Positions 39,901 to 51,770 of a DNA stretch of 64,000 bases are shown here, in pieces (the stretch's first letter is position 1; every line of letters starts with the position of its first letter). The translations under genes were made by a program, and so were the position numbers. Source of the DNA: Octopus sinensis (Eukaryota); NCBI RefSeq assembly GCF_006345805.1, contig NC_043019.1, positions 10,353,360 through 10,417,359 on the forward strand, given 5' to 3'. The notes beneath the pieces are model-generated. The model was not told the origin of the DNA. It did no database searches and saw only the letters and a list, made by a program, of their open reading frames with translations.

Positions 39901-40576
39901 TTTGTGTGTTTGTGTTTGTCCCCCCAACATCACTTGACAACCGATGCTGGTGTGTTTACGTCCCTGTAACTTAACGGTTCGGCAAAAGACACCGATAGAT
40001 TAAGTACTAGGCTTCCAATGAATAAGACCTGGGGTCGATCTCGATTAAAGGTAGTGCTCCAGCATGGCCGCAGTCTAATGACTTGAAACAAGTAAAGAGT
40101 ATACTATGGTTGAAAGAGCAGGGTGTTAAAACAGCTGGTATGTGTTTGATTGTAGGTTTGCTCAACCTGCTCTGACCCAGGGCTAAACAACGTCTGTTCC
40201 CTTCTGTCAAGTCAACAATGGTTATATGACCCCTGGGGGTTCCAAATAACCCCTGAGGGCTCCATTTGACTCATGGGAGTTCATATGACTCCTGTGGGGT
40301 TCCACATAGGCAAAATAGTAAATTGGGGATCCACAGCAGACATTAGTATTTTAAGGGTCCAGGAAAAAATTTAGTACAAATTGTATTCTTTTTTTTTTTT
40401 TACTACGGCCATGCTGGAACAGTGCCTTTAGTCGAACAAATCAACCCCAGGATTTATTCTTTGTAAGCCTAGTACTTGTTCTATCGGCCTCTTTTTGCTA
40501 AATCAATAAGTTATGGGGACGTAAACATACCAGCATCAGATGTCAAGTGATGTTGGGGAGACTAACAGACACACAA

Positions 40577-40608
<32 letters not shown>

Positions 40609-40989
40609 TTACATATATACAACGGGCTTCTTTCAGTTTCCATCTACCAAATCTAGTTACAAGGCTTTGGTCAACCCGAGGCTATAGTAGAAGACACTTG
40701 CTCAAGGAGGAGGAGGGGAGAAGAAGAAGAAGACAAGGAGGAGGAGAAGAAGACGAGGAAGAGGAGGGAGGAGAAGAAGAAGAAGAAATTAGGAGGTTGA
40801 GCAAGGCCTTATGCTGTCTACCACTGTTTATTCCAGCTGTGCTGGGCTCTGTGTGCTTCTGGCAGTCATTCCTCTGATCCTACTGGTGCTAAGGTGTATC
40901 AACACAGGATTGAGCCAGAAGGCATCCCTTGTCTTGGACAAATATGGGTTGTTATGCAGAGGGAAGAACTGCAGGCATGGGCAACTTAC

Positions 40990-41076
40990 ACCCAGGCCTT
41001 CACATATATGTTTGCATATATGCCTGGTTGACATTGACTGACACAGGTCCTGTGTGAATGAAGTCCATCACCAAAT
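40990..41076 (-). CDS. Unknown gene, putative internal exon FGDGLHSHRTCVSQCQPGIYANIYVKAW(V), 87 bp, phase 2->2
   Basis: Acceptor gtgcctttag|A, strong donor GGT|gtaagt. Single fully open frame, in phase with 36068-36203. Confidence 0.6.
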
Positions 41077-42028
41077 CTAAAGGCACCCAAACAGCATTTT
41101 CTGTGCTAAACTGAGCGATATGTTTAGTCTGTCAGCCAAATAACACTTCCTGATACATAAAATATTGGATAGTCACAGCTGGAGCATTTTACCTAATTAA
41201 TTTATATGATGAGGTTGGATGGAACTACACGAACAACGGCAAATTAACTTCCAGATACTCTCTCCATCTCTCCCTCTCTCTTTCCATCTATCTATCTATC
41301 TATCTATTCTATTCTATTCTATTCTATCTATCTGTATATATATATGGTTAAGCGACAAACAGACACAGAAATACATACATACATGCATGTATATGTATAT
41401 ATATATATATATATTATATATATTATATATATATATATATATATACAACAGCCTTCTTTCAGTTTTCGTCTACCCAATCCACTCACAATATATATATATA
41501 TATGGTAGCAAGTGATGGTGAAGATGGTAGTGGTGGTGGGGAGGTGATGGGCCCAGATAGATGTTTACCATAATGAATGTTGAATATGTTTAATTAACCA
41601 AAAATATGTATTAATTGGTGGCTATTGTACCACATTAAATGAAAAATTATTCAATCATTGGCTCTTACATAACACCTATATGACACATACCCAAGCACAC
41701 TCACACACACACACACAAACACACTCACACACATGCACACACACACACACACTCACACACATGCACACATATATAATGGGCTTTTCCCAGTTTCCGTCTA
41801 CCAAATCCACTCACGAGGCTTTGGTCGACCGAAGGCTATTGTAGAAGACACTTGCACAAGGTACCATGCAGTGGGACTGAACCTGAAACCCTGTGGTTGA
41901 GAAGGAATGATTTCACTTGCCTGTGCCAAGTGAAATCATAGTCATATGGCACTGCCTTTGCCTGTGGCACATAAAAAGCACCTGTCACATTTTTGGAATG
42001 GTTGGCATTTGGAAAGGTATATATAAAG

Positions 42029-42117
<89 letters not shown>

Positions 42118-42163
42118 ATATAATAAATATTAGGGAATAAATTGACACTGAATTATTGGAAGT

Positions 42164-42206
42164 CCACCTGAAGATTGTCGATCAAGACAAGAAACGATTG
42201 TAGTGG
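42164..42206 (+). ncRNA. Minimal type I hammerhead ribozyme (Penelope-like element associated)
   Basis: ccac-CTGAAGA-ttgtc(gatcaa)gacaa-GAAA-CgattG-TA|gtgg. Intact core, 4-bp stem I, 5-bp stem II, near-palindromic minimal stem III. Confidence 0.8.
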
Positions 42207-42750
42207 CGGTTTTTTTTGACTATTTATTAAAATTTTATGTATTGATTAAGTCTTTCTTGTTTGTTTTGCAAAATAGTGGTTTTGTCTCGAATAATATTTT
42301 ATATATATATATATATTATATATATATATATATAGATATATATATATATATATAGATATATATATATATATAGGCGCAGGAGTGGCTGTGTGGTAAGTAG
42401 CTTGCTAACCAACCACATGGTTGCGGGTTCAGTCCCACTGCGTGGCATCTTGGGCAAGTACCTTCTGCTATAGCCCCGGGCCGACCAATGCCTTTAGAGT
42501 GGATTTGGTAGACGGAAACTGAAAGAAGCCTGTCGTATATATGTATATATATGTGTGTGTGTGTTTGTCTTTGTCCCCTAGCATTGCTTGACAACCGATG
42601 CTGGTGTGTTTACGTACCCGTCAATTAGCGGTTCGGCAAAAAAGACCGATAGAATAAGTACTGGGCTTACAAAGAATAAGTCTTGGGATCGATTTGATCG
42701 ACTAAAGGCGGTGCTCCAGCATGGAGCAAGTAAAAGAGTAAAGAGTAAGA

Positions 42751-42784
<34 letters not shown>

Positions 42785-42931
42785 TAAAAGCAATTAAGAT
42801 TCAAGTCAGTTCTAATGAATTCACTTGAATGCGGTACTTAACTTAGATGCACCAGAAAACTATATGGTATTAACCATACAATAATGTGGGGTGATTATAA
42901 ACGAGAAAAAAGCAACAAGAATGGATTAGTT

Positions 42932-43022
42932 TTTTAGTACAATTGTTTCATACAAAGACAGGCTTTATTAAAAGTTGCAAATATTGCAGCAGATAAAAGT
43001 GTCCCGTACTCATCAGCTAAAA
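42932..43022 (-). ncRNA. Minimal type I hammerhead ribozyme with extended stem II
   Basis: Minus: ttttag-CTGATGA-gtacgggaca...tgtctttgtat-GAAA-CAATTG-TA|ctaaaa. Perfect 6-bp stem I and palindromic stem III. Confidence 0.82.
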
Positions 43023-43169
43023 CACATATGAGTTCTCCAAACATCTTAGTGGGTGAGGCTACACTCATGAAGTATCGGAGATAATTTTATAAAAAGCAAA
43101 TTCAGGTTGTAAGCAGACTATATATATATATATATATATATAAGTAAAAGAGTAAAGAGTAAGAGTATA

Positions 43170-43213
<44 letters not shown>

Positions 43214-43859
43214 ATATATAATATATATATATACTCGAGAAACCAGTGAAGGTCAGTGAAAGGAAAAGTACCCAGCCATAGAGAAGATAATCTACCTCAA
43301 CAAATTCCAGCCGACCCCTGCAAGCATGGAAAAGCAGACTGTATTTCTGCTTCAGCACATGTCATCAGCAGCCTCAATTCTCCAGCCTTAACTACACACA
43401 CACACACACACACACAATCACAAGCACAAACATATTCCTTTCCTCGTCTCATATGACAGGTTAAGTGCACTTGACAGTTAGTCATAATTAGCGTTTGGCC
43501 TTCGCTGGGCCAAATGCTTGATGGAATTTCTTCTGCTTTTGCATTCTGAGCTCAAAAAATCTGCTGATGTTGGGCTTAGCCTTTCGTCCTTTCCCTGGTT
43601 GATTAAATAAACAACAGTTAGACATTGGGGTGGAGTGGAGGTGGAGGGGGGGGGGGTCAGTGTAATTCACTTCATCTCCTCTCTCTCCTCTGAAATTGCT
43701 GGCCTTGTGCTGAAATTTGAAACCAATGGTTGATGGTTAGGGCTTGTTGACTTTGGCAGAGATGTTTTGCTGTTTGGGCATTTCACAGGCACTTTGAGAA
43801 TTCAGAGATGGTATCCTACAGATTGCAATTGAAAATCAAACACGTCTGGTGAATTATAT

Positions 43860-44010
43860 AAATATGTGTGCGCATGTGTGTATATATGTATGTATGTATG
43901 CATGTATGTATGTATTTAGTAGTTGGGTAGGTCTATTGATTGACAGATACAGATAGACAGACTATCAGACATAAATATACTGACAAATAGCTAGCTAACC
44001 AGAATGATAG

Positions 44011-44077
<67 letters not shown>

Positions 44078-44562
44078 TACAGACAGACAGACAGACAGAT
44101 AGATACATACATACATACATACGGGCATACATACATATATACTTACATGCATATATAATCCATACATACATACACACACACATACATACATACACCCATA
44201 CATACAAACATACATTCATACATACATACAAACATACATTCATACATACATACATGCATGCATGCATGCATGCATGCATGCATACATACATACATACATA
44301 CATACATACATACATACATACATACATACATACATACTTATATACATACGTACATACATACACACATACATAAATACACACATACACCCATACATACATA
44401 CATACATACATACATACATCCATACATGCATAATCCATACACATACAACACATACATGCACGCATACATACATACATACATACATACATACATGCATGCA
44501 TGCCTAGGCATATGGGCCAACAGACAGACGGATCGACATAAACTGTCAGATATAATGTCAAC

Positions 44563-44644
<82 letters not shown>

Positions 44645-45989
44645 GCACCAAATATGATACGGCTGGTTCTATTTCACCATCACCAGCTTGGCAACGTGGT
44701 TTATTCAGTTCACTGATGTAAACACTTCAGACTCACACACACACACACACACACGCACAGGCGTGCGCATACACAAACACACACACGCACATGCTTACAC
44801 ACACATACACAGGCGTGCGCAAACACACACACACATGCACAGGCGTGCGCATACACATGCGTACACAGACACAAACACACACACATACATAAATACACGT
44901 AGACACATACACACTCTCACACAAACATAAACACGCACAGACACACACACGCATTCACATACACACACATACACACACATAGACACACACATATACTCTC
45001 TCTCTTTCTCTCTGTCTCTCTCACACACACACACACACATGGAATCCTACACACACACACACTAACGTTGCTATCAACATCGAGTCACACTAAGGACGGT
45101 GTCTCTGATGTGATCACCAGCCATGCTAGAAATGGAAGCTAAATCCACCTCTGCTCTTAGAAAAATAACAAAAACAAACAAAAAAACAAAGGCGGGTGGG
45201 GAAGGGGGTTGGCGATCGAACACGTTGCATAATAATTCTCTTGTGGGGTTCTTTACATTGGAAAAAAAAATAGGAGTTATGGTCACGTTTGGAACGATAT
45301 CGATTTTAGATCGTTCTGCTGGTCGGTCCAGGGTTAACGACCTGAGACTGAACAAGAACAACAGAGAAAGAGGAAAAACTATGCTCGTAATAAGAGTGCC
45401 AAAAGCGGTGGTGGTGGTGGTGGTGGTGGTGGTGGTGACTCTCGGAGGAGATTATTTACAATGGCTTCCTGTCTGTCAGTTTGTCTGTCTGGCCGTGTGT
45501 CTGTCTGTATGTCCCGCCATTGTAAACCACACTGCCATAATACGTCCGGCACCCCGCCACCATCGCCACCACTACCTCCGCCACCACTACCTCCGCCATC
45601 ACCATAACGATCGTCATCGTCATCACCACCACAACAACAAAAAAATCAATGACACCATTTACCACCACCACCACCACCACTAACCAACGCCACCACTACC
45701 ATCGTAGTTGGCCCTACCATCGTAGTTGGCCCTACCATCATCGCCAATATCGGTCACCATCATCATCACCATCATCACCACCATCATCATCTTGAACGAT
45801 ATCAACACTACCATTTCCACCACCACCATCATCATCATCATCGCTATTATTAGTCTTACCAATCTTCAGAAGCTCTAACCTTGAGGGAAGCATTCCTTGC
45901 TTAAATTCTGCATTTTTTCTTCTATGGATGTGTATGTATGTATGTGTGTATAAATATATGTATGTATGTATGTATGTATGTGTGTATAA

Positions 45990-46022
<33 letters not shown>

Positions 46023-46590
46023 TGTATGTATGCATGTATGTATGTATGTGTGTATGTATGTATGTGTGTATGTATGTATGCATGTACGTATGTATGTATG
46101 TATGTATGTATGTATGTATGTATGTGTGTATGTATGTATGCATGTACGTATGTATGTATGTATGTATGTATGTATGTGTGTATGTATGTATGTGTGTATG
46201 TATGTATGCATGTACGTATGTATGTATGTATGTATGATGTATGTATGTATGAATGTATGTATGTATGTATGTATAAATGTATGTATGTATGTATAAATGT
46301 ATGTATGTATGTATAAATGTATGTATGTATGTATGAATGTATGTATGTATAAATATATGTATGTATGTATGTATGTACGTATTTATGTAGGCATGTAAAT
46401 AAATATTTATGTATGTATGAATGTATACACGTCTATATATATATAAATATACATGTGTGCATGGGTGTAAGTAGGTATGTATATAGGGATGGATGGATAT
46501 ATATATATAATATATATATTGTATACATACATACATATATATATATACATACATATGTGCATGCACACACACATGCATATGACACAAACG
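43860..46590. repeat. Large compound microsatellite block (GATA, CATA, CA, TATG)
   Basis: Direct reading; source of the many MYVC/HTYI artefact ORFs. Confidence 0.95.
45860..45921 (-). CDS. Unknown gene, possible optional exon RKNAEFKQGMLPS(R) with two candidate donors (exon end 45880 or 45860)
   Basis: Unique island between microsatellites. Donors AAG|gttaga (42 bp, frame-preserving) and TTG|gtaaga (62 bp). The acceptor catccatag lacks a pyrimidine tract, so support is weak. Confidence 0.3.
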
Positions 46591-47587
46591 TGTATATTAC
46601 TGCCAGTGAGAGACATAGATCCAGGCTTCTGCTTAATTAGTTCATCTCAGTGGAATATTCCAAATTGCTGAGAGTACACAAGAACTCAACAGGTAGTTGA
46701 TGATACGGCTCTGTGTGTGTATGTGTGTATCGCTCAGTTTTTTGTGCAACAGACTCATAATTATGAGGTAGTGAGTTTGATTCCAAGACCGGGTTGTGTG
46801 TTGTGGTCTTGAGTAAATCACTTTATTTCAATCAGCTGCAGAAATGAGTTGTGACCATGTCACTGGTGCCAAGCTGTATCGGCCCCTTTGCCTTTCCCTT
46901 TGGACTACATCAGTGGTTGGTATGCAAGGGCGGCTGCTGGTCTTCCATACACAACCTTACCCGGACTTGTACCTCGGAGGGTAACTTTCTAAGTGCGATC
47001 CAATGGTCAGTCATGACCAAAGGAGCTCTTTACCCTTGTGTGTGTGTGTGTGTGTGTGTCTGTGTATGTATATCATCATCATCATCATTTAATGTCCATT
47101 GTCCATGCTGGCATGGGTTGGACGGTTTGACCAGGGCTGGCAAGCTGGAAGGCTGCACTGGACTCCAGTCTGATTTGGCACGGTCTCTATTGCTGGATGC
47201 CCTTCCTAACGCCAACCACTCCGTGAGTGTAGTGAGTGCTTTTATGTGCCTATGGCACAAGTGCCATTTCTGTGACACTGGCATTGACCATATTGTTTCT
47301 CCTCTGTGAGGCCCAACACTCAAAAGGTGCTTTTTTATGTGCCAGCAGCACAGGTGCCAGTTACGTGACACCAGCTTCAGCCACATTGTCTTTGTGAGGC
47401 CCAATGCACATGTGGTGCTTTTTATGTGCCACCACCATGGGTACCGTTTACATGACACCAGCATCAGCCATGGCTATGATTCCACTTGGTTTGAGGGGTC
47501 TTCTCAAACACGACATCTTGCCAAATGTCTTGGTCACTAGTCATTCCTTCCATACATACATACATATAAGTATATGTATATATATAA

Positions 47588-47902
47588 ACTAGCAGTATTG
47601 CCCGGCATTGCTTGGGTTTGTTTCGACCCTTTAGAATTGGAATTTTTGAAAAGTAAAAATTTTGCATTATGTAGCTTGTTATATTCTCTTTAAGTGAACC
47701 TTTTTCTGGTTGAAATACACCAAAAAATGGCGACAAAGCAGTAAAAAAATCGTAAAAAAATAGGGATTTTCATAGAAAAAATCCCCATCTTTTTGATGTA
47801 AATAATTTTAGGTGTTAACATGGTCCGATTTGAATTTTATCTTCTACGGAATGAAGAGCAAGCCTTCTTCTATCATACTCTCAAAATTGGTCAACTTCCG
47901 CC
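47588..47902 (-). mobile_element. Helitron-like non-autonomous element, 3' end
   Basis: Minus strand ends cccaagcaatgccgggcaatactgCTAG (subterminal hairpin plus CTAG). Shares sequence (gttgaccaa...agtatgatagaagaaggcttg) with the TC-starting fragment at ~31055-31180. Confidence 0.6.
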
Positions 47903-48189
47903 GGGTTTTTATGGTTTTTTTTCCCCATGAGCAGCCCTCGAATGTCTCCTCCCTATTGAGGATCACAGTGTTGAATTCTTTTCGTCTTTTATTGTAATTT
48001 TGTTTGTCTTATTTACATGCAAAACCCTCACAACACACCCCTACACACACACATATGATTCTTTGTTTTGTCCTGTTCTGTCCATAATGTTTTCCTTAAT
48101 GTAAACCCTTGTGGTTAATAAAGAAATCATCATCATTATTATTATTATTATTATCATCATCATCATCATCATCATCGTCATCATCATTA

Positions 48190-48640
48190 TTATATGTTTG
48201 ACTTTTGCTTTACATTTGTACAAGTTGGCTCCAAGTCTCACCCAGAGGCCTCAAGAGACAACAGGTTGGAAGTTGATGTTGGTGTTATGCCTAGGGTGCC
48301 ATATATTTGGGCTTTGTTCTAGAGAATGTTTAAGAAACCATAAGAAAATCATGTGCTTGTTTCAAAATTTGAGATTACATAGACAGTATTTTACGTAGGA
48401 TATGGGCAGTTCCCATGAGCACTATCTTTTGGGTTTCTGACATTTTGTGGTTTTCTGGTATCAGATCTAGGTAGGAATCAGCCCCTTTTGCTATCATTCC
48501 TAGGGCACCTATGACAACAGGTATTGTTTTAGTCTTCAGGTTCCACATTTTGCTAATTTCTATTTCAAGATCTTTATACTTGCTCAGTTTTTGGTAGGTT
48601 TTGACAGATACGTTTATGTCGATTGGGACAGTCATATTAT
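48190..48640 (-). mobile_element. R4/Dong-like non-LTR retrotransposon 3' end (restriction-like endonuclease C-terminus plus 3'UTR)
   Basis: [46 protein letters not shown] matches the RLE-type motif D..VP....K..KY..L...W....IPVVIGALG. Embedded in (ATT)n/(ATC)n tracts. Confidence 0.85.
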
Positions 48641-48656
48641 TATTATTTCATGATTA

Positions 48657-48687
<31 letters not shown>

Positions 48688-48711
48688 ATTATTATTATTA
48701 TTATTATTATT

Positions 48712-49250
48712 GAGTGAGAGAGCAGTTCATGCCATCAAAGTGACACTGGGGTAAAATATACGAAGCCCAGTATACCCATCATGACTACCCGTCTGATAAG
48801 GGTACACTAGGCACATGCATCACAACCATATGTGCGCGACATGGTGATCTCATATCAAGATAAACAGCACATGACCTTGCAGGTGGAGCCCAGTTAGAAT
48901 TTTCTTCAGGTTGAGTAGCCCATCCTGCTCAAAAGGTTCCTGATTAAGGGTTGTTTAAGGATGTTGAACGAAACACCCATGTTTCCAGAGGTGAATTCTT
49001 CAAACCCCAAAGAATTCCTCTCAACACATGGCTATGATGCTCCCCCACTACTTCAGAGATGCACATATCGTCAGCCACTAAGGGACATGCTCAACTGGTT
49101 AAGGTCAAACAACTGACAAGCAAATCTGTGGTATTGAGCAGAATATTTGCTGTAGCCCATCTTTTATACCAAGACAAAATGTACATGATAATACCAATCA
49201 GTTAAGATCAGAAGCATGAGAGCCACTGTCTGGTACTGCATTAGGGCATT
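48712..49250 (-). mobile_element. Unclassified interspersed repeat inserted in a (TTA)n tract
   Basis: Sharp boundaries inside (TTA)n on both sides and no ORF. Class uncertain. Confidence 0.45.
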
Positions 49251-49644
49251 TATTATTATTATCATTATTATTATTATTATTATTATTATTAAGGCGAAAA
49301 GCTGGCAGAATCGTTAGCACTTTGGGCAAAGTGCTTCATGGCATTTCGTCTGACTTTACATCCTGAGTTCAAACTCAGCCGAGGTCAGCTTTGTCTTCCG
49401 TCCTTTTGGGGTTGATGAAATAAGTACCAGTTACACACTGGGGTCGATACACCAGAAATTTCAAGCCTTGTGCCCATAGTAAAAAGGATTATCATTATCA
49501 TTATTCTTATTCTTCTTATTATTAGTATTATTATTATTATTTTTATCATTATATATACCCTCCTGCCTTCATCAGGTGTCTTGGGGATATTTCGAACCTG
49601 GGTTCTCATTCCTAAGGTATTTTTCAATGTTATTATTATAATTA

Positions 49645-49695
<51 letters not shown>

Positions 49696-49973
49696 TATTA
49701 TTGTTGTTGTTGTTGTTGTTATTTTTAATATCATCATCATCAATAATCATCAATCACCATCATCATCATCATCATCATCATTATTATTAATATTATCATT
49801 ATTATTATCATTATTACTTGCACTGCAAGTGGGAATTAGTGTAACAAAGGACAGGCAATGTTTGTCAGCTGATCCATTATGACTAAATAGGCTTAAACGC
49901 TCTCCTATCGATTGGAGATTGAATAGAAAGGGGCGTAACTGCAAGCTAATACCTGTAATGGCAAAACATTTAC

Positions 49974-50082
49974 CTGGGAAACATTAACACTAAGACCACA
50001 AAAACATATCTCCATCAAACAAATCGACCATCTTCGCTTAAAAGCATTTGGTTGATATTTTTCTAGACTTGAATATGTGCTG
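49974..50082 (-). CDS. Unknown gene, putative exon (S)STYSSLEKYQPNAFKRRWSICLMEICFCGLSVNVSQ, 109 bp, phase 2->0
   Basis: Acceptor cctccctttcag|cag (NAGNAG), donor CAG|gtaaat. The only open frame fits the phase-2 end of exon 51667-51770. Confidence 0.45.
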
Positions 50083-50141
50083 CTGAAAGGGAGGTTGTGG
50101 CTTATATGACTACATCTTTTTATGCCATCGTATATATATGC

Positions 50142-50178
<37 letters not shown>

Positions 50179-50240
50179 CTACATATACATATGTATGTAT
50201 GTATGTATGAATGTATGCATGCATGTAAGTGTGTGTGTGT

Positions 50241-51515
50241 ATCATCATCATCATCATCATTAGCGTCCGTTTTCCATGCTAGCATGGGTTGGACGGTTCT
50301 ACTGGGGTCTGTGAAGCCAGAAGGCTTCATCAGGCCCAGTCAAATCTGGCAGTGTTTCTACGGCTGGATGCCCTTCCTAACGCCAACCACTCCGTGAGTG
50401 TAGTGGGTGCTTTTTACGTGCCACCCGCACTGGTGCCAGACAGAGCTGGCAAACGGCCACGAACGGATGGTGCTTTTTATGTGCCACTGGCACGAGGGCC
50501 AGGCGAGGCTGGCAACGGACACGAAACGGGGCGGTGCATATATATATATATATGTATGTATGTATATATGTATATACACACATATGTATATATGTATATA
50601 CACACATATGTATATATGTATACACACAGACACACCTCATCATCATCAATGACACCAGCATGAGCTATGGCTACTATCTCACTTGCCTTGATGGATCTTC
50701 TCAAGCACAGCATATCGCCAAAGGTCTCGGTCACTAGTCATTGCTTCTGTGAGGCTCAAAGTTTTAAGATCAAGCTTCACTACTTCGTCCCATGTCTTCC
50801 TGGATCTACTTCTATCACATGTTCCCTCCACAGTTAGAGATCAGCACTTCTCTACATAACTGTCCTCATCCATACACATCGCATGACCATACCAGTGCAG
50901 GCAACTCTCTTGCACACCACATCTGATCCCTCTTATGCCTAACTTTTCACTCAAGATGCTTACACTCTGTCGTGCATGCACACTGACATTACACATCCAG
51001 CGGAGTATACTGGCTTCAATTCTTTCAAGCCTATGCGTGTCCTCAGCTATCACAGCCCATGTTTCACTGCTGTGTAGCACAGCTTTTCACACACAGGCAT
51101 CAAACAACCTGCCTTTCACTCTGAGAGAGGGGCCCTTTGTTGCCGGCAGAGGTAGGAGCTCTCTGAACTTTGCCCAGCCTATTCTTATTCTCAGAGCATC
51201 CTCCTCCACTACTAACTTGGTCACCTAGATAACCGAAGCTATCTACTACCTCTAGCTTGTACCCCCCCCCCCCGGGCAGTTGATGGGGTCTATTTTCTGT
51301 GCATTTTCGGTGTTTATTGTACCTGTGCATCTTCCACACACACAAGCTAGTTTCCCTTTTAACTTTCCTCTGATATTGCTGCACCGGTTATGTGTCAAAA
51401 GCTTACACTGGGTGCATCTTGTGGAGTTTCTACCTACACCTTTTCTACACATCCAGCAGGGCCATCTACCTGAAGGGATTTGTGATTTGTCTGCCTTCCT
51501 ATTTGCTAAGATTTT
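50241..51515 (-). mobile_element. Degraded RTE-clade LINE with a Cys-rich (PHD/zinc-finger-like) segment in ORF2 and 3'UTR
   Basis: Frameshifted fragments CRKGVGRNSTRCTQCKLLTHNRC...CGRC, LEVVDSFGYLGD and LHSSETW...WYGHAMCM. Same family as 19780-20945. Confidence 0.88.
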
Positions 51516-51666
51516 AGTGCAGAGAGAGAGAGAGAGAGAGAGAGAAAGAGGGAGATGATGATGATATCAAGGTGGGGGTGGGGGGTGGAATCACATAAGT
51601 AATGGATTTAGAATATTTAAAACCATTTCGTGTTCTGCTTCTGTCATTGTTGTTGTTGTTGGTCAC

Positions 51667-51770
51667 CTCAAGCGCCTGAGAATAGCTCTTCGGAGCTCTA
51701 GAGCCGCGGAAGGGAGACAGATCATCTCGTCCATTGTAACCCCTATTTGGCGGATATAGCGTTCCACCAT
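51667..51770 (-). CDS. Unknown gene, putative first coding exon MVERYIRQIGVTMDEMICLPSAALELRRAILRRL(AG)
   Basis: CpG-retaining unique sequence. ATG at 51770 is preceded by an in-frame TAA 9 nt upstream. Donor GAG|gtgacc. A candidate upstream acceptor ttcttgtag| near 52033 would make the rest 5'UTR. Confidence 0.45.

Noticed and set aside
43725-43815. Minus-strand acceptor caatctgtag| as the missing exon of the unknown gene
   Set aside because: Stops in all three frames unless a very weak donor (gtgcct) is used.
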